64,000 nt of DNA from Cyanophora paradoxa CCMP329 (lineage: Eukaryota > Plantae > Glaucophyta). Of this stretch, positions 11,606 through 22,100 are shown one piece after another (the first letter of the stretch is position 1; each line of letters opens with the position of its first letter). Location of the stretch: positions 1 to 64,000 of the forward strand of contig QPMI01000655.1 in the NCBI GenBank assembly GCA_004431415.1, in the 5' to 3' direction. Made by a program: the position numbers and the translations under genes. A model generated the notes under the pieces. It saw only the letters and a program-made list of their open reading frames with translations. It ran no database searches and was not told where the DNA came from.

Positions 11606-14435
11606 TCAGACGGGCTGCTCCCAGGCGTCCGCGAGCTGCGCCGGCGCGTCCTCGGGTCGGGGAGGGGGGGGGGGGGGGGGGGGGGGCGTGGACGGGGGGG
11701 GGGGCGGGAGCGCACGGAGCGGGCGGCGGCGTGCTTGAGGGCGGCGTACTGGGCGAACGCCTCCCGCATCTCCCGGGCCACCGAGTCCTGCAGCGCGCCT
11801 CGCACGGGCCCCGCCGCCGGCGGCCGCTCGCGGGGCGGGGGCGCGCCTGGAAGCCCTTGACCTCGCCGCGCAGGCGGTCGCAGTAGGCGTCGTAGGAGAG
11901 CATCGCCGCCTCCTCTTGCCCCTCAAGCTGCCCGCCCCCGCCGCGCCCCCTCAGCGCCCGCAGCCGGCGTCCGATCGCCCCGCCGCACCCGCGCGATCTC
12001 CGACTTGAGGCGCGCCTCCCGCAGCGCGCGCCGCTCCTGCGGGGCGTCGGGCGGCGGCGAGCGGGGCGGCTGAGCTCGGGGCGGGGCTACGCGTTAGCCC
12101 CCGAACCTGGACAGCGACGCCGTGGAGGGTGTAAGACGCGAGGCGGTCGCTCATGCTCTCGATGAGGGACCAGTGGCCCGACTCGGTCATGGCGGAGAGG
12201 CGCTTCTTGTCCTGGCGCAGGGGCACGTCGAGGCGCTCGATGCGGAGCAGGCGGCGCTGGCGCTCGCGCTCGGCCTCCCGGAAGAAGGCGTCCACGCCCT
12301 CGAAGTCGGCCAGCGCGTCCGCCAGCGCCGCCTCCCCCTCCATCGCCTCCTGCAGCTCCGCCCGCCCCTCCGCCCGCGTGCACGCCGCCGCCCGCCGCAG
12401 CGCCGCCTCGTGCGGCCGCGCCGGCGGCCCGGGGGCGCCCTCGGCGGGGGCGCCCGGGGCGGAGGCGGCGGCGGCGGCGCCGGCGTCGGCCTCGTAGGCG
12501 GCGAGGTCGTCGAAGGCCCCCGCCAGCTTCTCCAGCTCCCGCTGCAACTCTGCCCGCCCCCGCCCGCCCCTCAGCAGGGGAGGAGGGGGCAGGGGGCCGG
12601 GGACGGGCACGGGAGCGGATGCGGGCGACGGCCTGGAGCGGGGCGGCGAGACGCTTGACGTGCTCGCCGAGGCCGCGCAGGTACGCCTGCGTCGCGCCCC
12701 ACGCTGCGTCCTCGAACGGCCGCTCCGGGATCGACGGCAGGAGCCCGAGGTGCTTCTGGAAGCGGATCGCTGTGCGGGGGGCGGTCAGGCGGGGCGGGCG
12801 GCGGGCGGCGGGGGGCGGGGGGCGGGGGGCGGGGGGCGGGGGGCGCGGGGCACCCATGTCGTCGGAGACGCTGGCGACCTCCTCGAGGGAGAGGACGCGG
12901 GGCAGGGCCGGCGGGCCCGCCGCCGCGTGCATGTTCCCCTTCACCTCCGGCCGCTCCAGCGCCAGCGCCACCAGGTAGTCCTGCCCGCCCCTCGCTCCCC
13001 GGCCCCCCGGCGGCAGGCGGGGAGGGCGGACGGGGCGCGTGAGGAAGCACTCGAGGTCGAGGAGGCGGCCAAGCTCGGCGTGCCGCGCGCAGCGCCGCAG
13101 GAACGCCTCGCACCGGCGCCGCCGCGACTCCAGCAGCGCCGGCGTCACGTTCACGATCCGCTCCGCTGCCCGCCCCGCCGTCAGCCGCCGAGCGCCCCGC
13201 CGGCGAAAAGAGAGGGCGCGTTCAACGGGCGAGAGAGGTTGGCGAGAGCTAGAAACGGGATCTGGTGTCAACGTGTGCGCGAGGGGGACGGTGTGCACAT
13301 GCGGCGGCGAGGGGGTCCATGTCCACATCCTATTTTCGGAGTCAGATTCTGTTTAGCAGCGGCTGCGAGGCGGGCGGAAGCTTTCCTCGTGGATGGGGAG
13401 GATGATCCAGGGGCGCGAGGCGACGAGCAGCTCCCGCAGCTTCTGGATCTCGTACGTCAGCCGCCGCACCGCGAAGCGCTTCGGCCCGCTCGGCGTCTGA
13501 ACCTGGCGCGCGGCTCACAAGAGCGGCCGCGCGGCCCCGACCGGGCGCCTCGCTTCAAGGCGCTCAGCGCACGGTTGTCTCGATGAGGAAGCTGATCTCA
13601 ACGCTCTGCAGCGGCGCCAGCCTCTCCTTCGGAAAAATTATTCCTCTCCTCTCGAATATGATGATCAGGCACGAGCGGTTCTTACCATGATCACTCCCAA
13701 CAAATCACCCAGCGGTCCTGCGCGATGCGCGATCAAATGCGCGGCGTGGGTGCGCGACGCGGGGCGCGGACCCGTGCGCTGGTGGCTCTGCGGATGAGGC
13801 CGTCAGCTCTCGGCGTCAGCGCCGGCTGCGGGCGCGGCGCACCTCCTCTCCGCTGTCGATTTTCTTGACCTCGGTTCCTGACAACCTCAGCTCGACAGAG
13901 GAAGCGGTCGAGAGCAAATCGCTCAGCGAGTTGGGGTCGGGCTGTGGGAAGAGGGAGCAATTAGGGTCCTCGAATGTATTTACAAGCACTGCTCTACGAG
14001 TTCCGGAATTCGCTCGCTCGCCTGTGGCGGGGGCGACAGGCCGCGGCGCAAGCGCGAGTGCGCAGCGGTCGTCTCCTCGCTGCCCGGCTCCGGCTGGGGG
14101 ATGGCGCCCTCGTCCTCGCCGGTCTCCTCTGCCAGCTGCAATGTATGAGCGTGTACCGGTGCGCGGGGCTCTGGCGCGCGGGGCTCGGGCGCGTACAAGG
14201 GCTTCCGGGCGAAGTCCGAGCCGTTCGGCGCGCTCCCGATCGTCTTCGCTCAGCAGCTCCTGCTTCGTGCGCTCCTGTACGGCACCTGCGCGACCCGTAC
14301 GCGGACTACGGATCAGCGATCGAGTGGAAAACGTTCAGAGATCCGTACGCCGATCGCACCGCGCTCGGCGAACTCCTTCGCGGCGTCGCGCAGCTTCTGC
14401 GCCTCGTCGTCGGTGCTCTGCTGCATTTGTTGCAT
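11606..14435 (-). CDS. PX-BAR sorting nexin (Vps5/SNX-like), divergent; multi-exon, start approximate
   Basis: Exons SVEISFLIETT, FAVRRLTYEIQKLRELLVASRPWIILP and LLESRRRRCEAFLRRCARHAELGRLLDLECFL resemble a PX domain. They are followed by helical BAR-like exons ending REAFAQYAALKH...LADAWEQPV*. Confidence 0.7.
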
Positions 14436-14736
14436 CTGTCCTCGCCGACGTAGTGTGCGCGTACCCCCCAACCGCCAGGCCTGGCAGGCCAGGCGGCCTG
14501 GCGAGCCAAAATGCACACACTGCCGCCCCTCGTGGGCAGTCCTCGGGGCAGCGAAGAGAGGCCCGACACGACAGCGGGTAATAACTCCCCCCGCTGAACT
14601 TGGATCGGGTGGGCGAACTCTCCGCGCAGGGTCTTCAGATCGACCGCGCTCGCTCATACCGGTGCGTGTGTGTGTGACATGACGATCCCTTTATAGCCTA
14701 GAAGTACCTCGCGGCCCCTGCCGAGGAAATTTTGCG

Positions 14737-14972
14737 CACGCTGCGCCCTTAGGTCGGTCCAGCGAGACTACTGTCCAGCTTGTCTTTACCTACCAGTTAG
14801 CTGGATACACCCGCCCACGCTGCGCCTTGTGGGTCGGTCCAGCGAGACTACTATCTACTAGGCTAGCTTGTCTTTGCCCACCAGTTAACTCAGACCGGCC
14901 CCTGAGCCGGACAGTCCCGCACTCTACCTACCAGTTCGCTTTCAAGAGACCGCCCCTGAGCCACACTGAGCC
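14737..14972. repeat. Imperfect ~80-bp tandem duplication in the divergent sorting-nexin/TPR intergenic region
   Basis: CACGCTGCGCC..GGTCGGTCCAGCGAGACTACT..AGCTTGTCTTT..ACCAGTTA occurs twice. A third partial unit repeats TACCTACCAGTT and GCCCCTGAGCC. Confidence 0.85.
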
Positions 14973-15055
14973 GCCCGTCCGCGCCGCAGGCGTTTTCACC
15001 GCGCCGCGTCGAGGGGGACCCATCGCGTGGTGTGACTACGCCGAGGCTCGCAACC

Positions 15056-15855
15056 ATGGGCGGAGGGCGTTTGTCGAGTGCCGATGATTTCTATCATGGA
15101 TGGGTTTGTCCCTGTTGCGCGGCGTGTTCCGCTTCGAGCTAAGGAACGCTGCAGCTGAGGAACGCTGAGGCGCATATCAAGAAGCGGCAGTACGGAGCTG
15201 CGATTGTAGAGGTGCGCCGCACAAGAGCCCGCCCTGCCGGCAGCGCCCCGCCGACCGCTGACCCTCGCGCAGTACTCGAAAGCACTGGCCCGTTCTCTGT
15301 CGAGCTCGGGTCCCGCGCGCCCGCCGCTGACCACCGCCGCAGAAAATCAAGATGTCCAAGTCGTGCTTGCTAGCAAGGTGAGGGCGGGGGCGGGGGGGCG
15401 GGCGGGTGGAGGGGGCGGGGCGCGAGCGGGGCGGCAGGGCGCGGTGCCACATGATCCTGGGGGACGTGGCGAAGGCGCACGCGGACGCGGAGAAGGTGCT
15501 GGAGGACGACCACGAGTACACGCCGGGTCTCCTCGCCCTCGCCGAGATCTACTTCGTCATGGGCAAGCTCAACCAGTCGCGCCTCTACTACGCGCGCGGC
15601 CACAAGCTGCGGCCCTCGAACAAGCTGTTCCAGGAGGGCATCCGCCGCGTCGACGAGCGCGTGCGCGAGATCGTCGAGAACCCCAAGCTCGCCACCTCCC
15701 AGGGCGCGCCCCCTCCCCGGCCCCGGTCCCAGCCCCGCCCCGCTCACGGGGGCGCAGACTGGGGCGCCCAGTCGGCCATCAAGCCGCCCTGCATCGTCCG
15801 CACGCCGCTCTACGACTCGACCTCCACCCCGCGCTTCGGCACCCGCGCCACCTGA
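15056..15855 (+). CDS. Short TPR protein resembling the N-terminal TPR block of TTC25/ODAD4; multi-exon
   Basis: Spliced MGGGRLSSADDFYHGW|LRNAEAHIKKRQYGAAIVE|YSKAL|KIKMSKSCLLAR|ARCHMILGDVAKAHADAEKVL...LALAEIYFVMGKLNQSRLYYARGHKLRPSNKLFQEGI. TPR pattern is clear; TTC25 similarity is recalled, not searched. Confidence 0.65.
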
Positions 15856-16203
15856 CCCCGCGCCCCTCCCGCCTGCCCCAGCCCTCCGGATCCACTCCGC
15901 TGGCGCCGCCCCGCCCTCTGCGGGGGTGCGCCCTTTTTGAAGGCCCTGCTCCGTGTAGATTCCACCTGCACTACTCCCTTTGCTTTTCCGTCTCGATCGA
16001 TAAGTCTGCCTAGCCTAGTAGGTTATGTAAAGCGAATGTATTGTACTGTGAACGTTTATGGTAGCATCCGGCGAGGCCGGCACTAGGCGCACGCGACGCC
16101 CTTCGCGCGAGGCGACTCAGGTGGCAGACGACACCATACGATACCGATAGGGACTGGGATGGGAGGGGGATGCGGTGGCGGGGCGGGGCTGGCGGGGCGC
16201 GGC

Positions 16204-18956
16204 TCAGGCGACGGCCTCCGGGGCGGGCTGCTGGGGCGGGGGGGCCTGGTGGGCGGAGCGGGCGCGGGCGGCGGTGCGGGCGCGGGCGTCGAGGTGCATG
16301 ACGAGGGAGGAGACGTCGGCGGGGAGACGCCCCCGACGCGCCCCGCCTGGCCCACCGTCAGCGGCCGCACCTGCCGGCCGTCCGCCCCGGTCAGCGCGCC
16401 CCGGGCGCCGGCGCGGGGGCGGGGCGCGGCGGGGCGCGCGCCTTCTGGAGCTTCTCGCGGGCCTCCATGCACATCGTCGTGATCGCCATGTAGTCCACGT
16501 CGTCGGGGATGCGCCGGTTCCCCGACCGGCTCAGCTGCGCATGCTTGTCAGCGCGCGACCGGTGCGGAGCGGCGGGGTGGCAGGGGGGCGCCAGCAGGCG
16601 GGCGGGCCTGGTTGATGAGCTCCTTCTGGCGGCCGATGTAGCCCTTGTACTTGATCTCAATCTCGGCGCCCTCCTTCTCCTCCTCCTCGAGGGCGCCGTC
16701 GGCGAGGCCGAAGCGCTCGAGGTCGGCGTAGTGGAAGCCCGGGCGGGCGAGCAGCTCCTCGAGGGTCACCGCGTTGCGCACCACCTGGCCCTCCGCCTCG
16801 AGCCGCGCCGCCACCGCCTCGCTCTGCTTCACCCGCACGCTGCGCAGGCGCGCGAGCTCGCCCTCGATGGCGGCGCGCTTGGCCTCGAGGCGCGCCCAGC
16901 GGCGGTCGTCGACGAGGCCGAGCTCGCGGCCGAGGGGCGTCATGCGCTGGTCGGCGTTGTCGGAGCGGAGGACGAGGCGGTGCTCGGAGCGGGAGGTGAG
17001 CATGCGGTACGGCTCCCGCAGGTCCTTGGTGCACAGGTCGTCGATGAGGGTCCCCATGTAGGACGACTCGCGCGGCAGCACCACCATCTCCTCTCCCCGC
17101 GCGAAGCGCGCCGCGTTGATGCCGGCCAGGATCCCCTGCGCCGCCGCCTCCTCGTACCCCGTCGTCCCGTTCAGCTGCCCCGCGAAGAAGAGCCCCTCCA
17201 CCGCCTTGGTCATCAGCGTCGGCTGGCACTGCGCCCCGCCCCGCCCCCTCAGCGCCCCGCGGCGGCGCCGCAGGGCGGGGGGGGCGGGCCTGGGTGGCGG
17301 GGATGAAGTCGTAGTCGACGGCGTAGGCGGGGCGGAGCATGACGGCGCGCTCGAGGCCGGGGAGGGTGCGGAGCATGGCGAGCTGGAGGGACTCGGGGAG
17401 GCCGGTGGAGAAGCCCTGGACGTAGATCTCGGGGGTGGTGAGGCCCTCGGGCTCCAGGAAGATCTGGTGCGAGTCCCGCTGCGCGAACCGCACGATCTTG
17501 TCCTCGATCGACGGGCAGTAGCGCGGCCCCGGCCCCTTGATGTGCCCCGCGTACTTCGGGCTCCTGCGCCCCGCGCCCCGCCTCAGCCGCGCGGGGCGAG
17601 GCCGCGCGGAGGCGCGGCGGACAGGTGGATGTTGTCGCGGATGATCTTGTGGGTCTCCTCGGTGGTGCGGGTGATGTAGCAGGGCGTCTGCTCCCGCTCC
17701 ACGCGCGCCTCGGGGTCGAAGCTGAACCAGCGCACGCGCTCGTCCCCGGGCTGCGCCTCCAGCCGAGAGAAGTCGATCGAGCGCCGGTCCACGCGCGCCG
17801 GCGTCCCCGTCTTCAGCCGCCCGATCTCGAACCCGAACCGCAGCAGCGTCCGCGTCAGGTCCTCGCACGCGTTCTCCCCCGCCCGGCCCCCCGGCAGGCA
17901 CCGATCCCCGACCCACAGCCGACCCTGCCGTTCGCCGCGCGATCAGCGGCGGGGCGGGGCGGGGCGGGGCGGGGCGGGGCGGGCCTGGAGGAAGGTGCCG
18001 GCGGTGAGGATGACGGAGGGGGCGTTGAAGCCGCCGCCCCAGAAGGTGTCCACGCCCACGACCTCCCCGTTCTTCCCGATCGCGAGGTCCGTCGCCATCC
18101 CCTCCCGGATGGTCAGGTTCGGCGTCTCCTCGAGGACCTTGCGCATGATGCGGCTGTACTCGAGCTTGTCCGTCTGCGCGCGCAGCGCCCAGACGGCGGG
18201 GCCCTTGCTGAGGTTGAGGACCTTCTTCTGGAGGTACGTGCGGTCCGCCATCTTGCCGATCTCGCCGCCCAGCGCGTCCACCTCGTGCACGAGCTGCGAC
18301 TTGGCCGGGCCGCCCACCGCCGGGTTGCACGGCTGCCACGCGATCCGGTCCAGCGAGAGTGTCAGCAGCAGCGTCTTCGAGCCGAGGCGCGCCGCGGCGA
18401 GAGCCGCCTCGCAGCCGGCGTGGCCGGCCCCGACGACTATCACGTCGTACTCGTCCTCCACGAAGCGGTCCTTCTTCGAGCGCTGCTCGCCCCAGTCCAT
18501 CGGCGGCTGGAAGACACGCCCCTCCCCGTCGATGTAGCTAGCCGTCTGCGTCCTCGGCAGCTCCTGGAAGCTCGCCCCCGGCGCCGCATCGCTGCCGCTC
18601 TCCTCCTCCTCGGGCTCGGCGGACGCTTTTGTCGGAGTCGTGCTGACGCTGAAACCGCGCCGCAGCTGCAGAGCCTGCGGGGCCCCCCTCGAGCGGAAGC
18701 GCCGCGCGAAGAATCCAGCGGCGCCCCGGCGAGCCAGGAACGCGCCCGCGGGGGCCTCCTGCAGCTGAACGCGACGAACAGACAGGGACGATGCCACGCC
18801 CGCCGCGGGATCGCGCGGCGGGGGGGCGCAGGGGCAATCAACGCGGCCCGCCTCTCCGCTCGCCCCGACCGACCTAGGGGCGCGGCGGAGGCCAAACGTG
18901 GCGCCGGTGGTAATGTACGCGTTGTGCGGCATCCTCAGAAGCCCACGACGAAGCAT
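16204..18956 (-). CDS. mnmG: tRNA uridine-5-carboxymethylaminomethyl modification enzyme MnmG/GidA, cyanobacterial/plastid type, with N-terminal targeting peptide; multi-exon
   Basis: [126 protein letters not shown]. Confidence 0.96.
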
Positions 18957-19168
18957 GCGGTGCCCCGCGATTCTTCCGCTAGCCGAGCCGTCTAGCCGTC
19001 CAAAAGCGTACCCCAACGTCTAGCCCCTAGCCGTCAAGCTGGATGGCAATTTGATCGAAAACACCACAGAACAGACGCGAAGAAAACAACGCCAGAAGGC
19101 ACTAACTAGAACTAAAACTAGACACCGGCTGCGCTAGAACTAGAAGTGCAGCGCGCGGCCGGCGGCGG

Positions 19169-22100
19169 TCAGTAGCGGAAGTCGGAGGGGGCGAGGGGCG
19201 CGAGGCGCCCGAGGGCGTCCCCGGCGACGAGGGCGGGCGGGGCGCCCTGGGCGGCGGCGGGCCACGCGCAGACGGCGGTGAAGGGGACGCGCGCGGCGGC
19301 GTCGGGGGCGCTGACGGCCTTGACGCGGCCCGAGCGGGCGTCGAAGAGGCGGACGCAGTCGTCGGCGCAGGCGGCGGCGACGTGGCGCGAGTCCGGGAGG
19401 AAGCAGACGCCCCGCACGGGGCGCCCCGCCCGTAAGCCGGCACCCCGCGACGCGCTCCTGCCGGCAGGCGGGGCGTGAGGGCGAGCGGGGCGGGGCGCGG
19501 GGCGGGGCGGGGCGGGGCGGGCGGACGCCGGAGGCGAGGTCGTATACAGCGAGGTGGCCGTCCTCGAAGCCGATGGCGGCGAGGCGCCCGTTGGCGGCCG
19601 CGGCGCAGCAGGTGGCCTGGGCGGAGGCGGAGTGGAGGCCGGCGGTGTCGAGGGCCCGCGGGTTGCCCGGGTCCCGCGTGTCCACCGCCGAGAGCGAGGC
19701 CCCCTGCGCCAGCAGCGCGTACCGCCCCTCCCGCGTGACCACGCCCCGCAGCACGGCGGTCCCCGTGCCCCCCGCGGCGACCACCCGCAGCGGCGAGCCG
19801 GCGACGTCGCGGCCGCCCATGCGCCGGAAGAGGGGCGCCTCGGCCCAGTAGGACTCGAGGAGGGTGCCGCCGCGGGGCGGGTGCGGGAGCTCGAGGAGGG
19901 CGCCCGAGTGGTAGAGCAGCAGCAGGGCCCGCTCCGTCCACGCCGCCGCCACCACCCGCTCCCTCTCCTCCCGCGTCGCCGCGAGCTGCGCGCCGCCGGC
20001 CGTGACGCGCCAGACGCGGAGGGTGCAGCCTTCGAGCTCCGGGATCTCGCGGCCGGCCACCTCGAGGAGGGCCGCCTCCTGCGCCCCCGCCGCCGCCGGC
20101 GCCAGCGCCAGCAGCTCCACGGGGCGCCGGCCCCCGCGGAAGCTCGCCCGCAGCTGCCCCGTCCCCGCATCGTAGAGCTGCCGCCGCGTCAGGCGCGGCG
20201 CGGAGCGGCGGAGGAGACGGCGGGCGGGGCGGGGCGGCGCACGCGGACGCGGCCGGAGGAGAAGGCGGCGGCGAGCCAGGCGGGGCGGCGGGGCCGGTGA
20301 GGTGGCCAGCGCCGTCACCTCCGCCCCTCGGGGACGCCCCGGGGGTCCCCAGCGGCGGCGAGGGCGTCGGAGCGGGTCCAGAGGCGCAGGGAGCCGGCGG
20401 CGTCGGCGGCGGCGAGGGAGGCGGCGCTCGGGGCGACGGCGAGGGAGGCGAGGGACCGGCGCAGGCCGGCGAGGAGGGCCAGCGGCTGCCCGTCGAGCCG
20501 CAGCAGCCGCACCGACCGGTCCTCGTACGCCGCCGCCAGGAGGTCGCCGGGGGGAACCCAGCGGACGCACACCCCCGCCCCGGCCTGTGGGGGCGTGAGG
20601 GGCACCAAGGCGACGGGGCCGGGGCGGGGCGGTGCGGGGCGGGGGCGGACCCCCTGGGGGGCGGGGAGGCGGGCGACCTCGGCGAGGCCGAGGCGGGCGT
20701 CGTGGAGCTGCACGGCCCCGTCCAGGCGCAGCACTGCCACCAGGGCCCCCGGCGGCCCGGCGGGGTCGCCCCGCGGCTGCCAGTCGGCGTCGACGAGGGC
20801 GGCGTAGTGGTTCGCGTACGAGCCGTGGTCGTTCTCCTCGGCGACGAGCTCGGCGGGGGCCTCGGCGACGGGGAGGCCCGGCTCGAGGGCCCAGAGGGTC
20901 GCCCGGTCGGCGCGCCGGCGCGGGAGGGCCACCGCGTATCGGAAGTCGTCCCGCACCGCCACCCGGTGCCCCGGCACGCTCTGCGGGGCCCCCTCAGCCC
21001 GCCCCGCGACGACAAGGCGGCGGGGCGGGGCGCACGAGGGCGAGCTCGAAGCGGAGGGAGGCGGCGTCGGCGGGGCCGGCGGCGGGGCCGGCGTCGGGGC
21101 GGCGGTAGAGGAGGAGGTCGTTGTCGCGGACGAGGAGGACGGCGCGGGGCTCCCCGGCGCCCTGCACGCGCACGCCGCGCAGCACGGAGCTCGAGGAGGC
21201 GCCGTCGACGTCCCACGCGTAGACCGCCTGGGCCGCCTCCAGGTCGTACACCTTCAGGGCCGTCCCCTGCACCGCCAGCACCGCCCGCTGGCCCGCCCCC
21301 GCCCCGCCCGACGCCACCCAGTCCATCCCCTGCAGCCTGCGCGCTCCCGGTGGGCGCAGGGAGCCCGGGGGAGGGGGCGGGCGCGGGGCGCGCACTCGCG
21401 CTCGTGGGCGTCGAAGGTGCCGGCGGAGGCGCCGGTGCGGGCGCTCCAGAGGCGGAGAACGCCGTCCTCGCCGCACGTCGCCACCAGCGCCGAGCTCGGC
21501 GAGTAGAGGAGCTCGCGCACGCGGCAGCCCTCGCCGGGGCGCCCCTCGGGCCGCGCCGCCGCCGCCGCCTCCCCGCCTCGATCGCCACCGCCGCCTCCAC
21601 GGCCCCGCCGCGGTAGGAACGGGCCCCCAGCGGAGGGTGCCGAGGCGGGGGGCGGCGGCGGGGCGCGGAGGAGGGCGCGAGCTTCGGCGGCGACCTCGGC
21701 GCTGGGGCAGGCCTCGGCGAGGAGGCGCAGGACGGCCTCCTCGCCGCCCTCGCCCCCGCCGCCTCCTCGAGCTCCGCGGCGCTCTTCTGGAGCCAGCGCG
21801 CGACGGCCCGCAGCCGCTCGCGCTCCCCCGCGGGCTCCCCGGGTGGCCCTCGGCGGCCTCGGTGAGGGCGAGGAGGAGCGGGTGGGCGAGGGCGGCGCGC
21901 GCGGCGAGGGCGATGAAGGCCGGGGCGGCGAGGGTCTCCCGGCGGCCTCCCGCCACATGCCGCCCCGCACGAGGTGCCCGATCCCCGCCGCCAGGTGGCC
22001 CCGCTCCCGCTCGTCCAGCCCCGCCCCCGCCCCGGGCGCCGCGCCCCGCCGCAGCCGGCCCCCGCCAGGAGCCGGCCCGGGGGTCCGCCTCCAGGGGCCA

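Noticed and set aside
19085-19145. ACTAGA-like short repeats between mnmG and the TEP1-like gene
   Set aside because: Short and degenerate; similar CTAG-rich patches occur in other 3' regions. Not enough to call an element.
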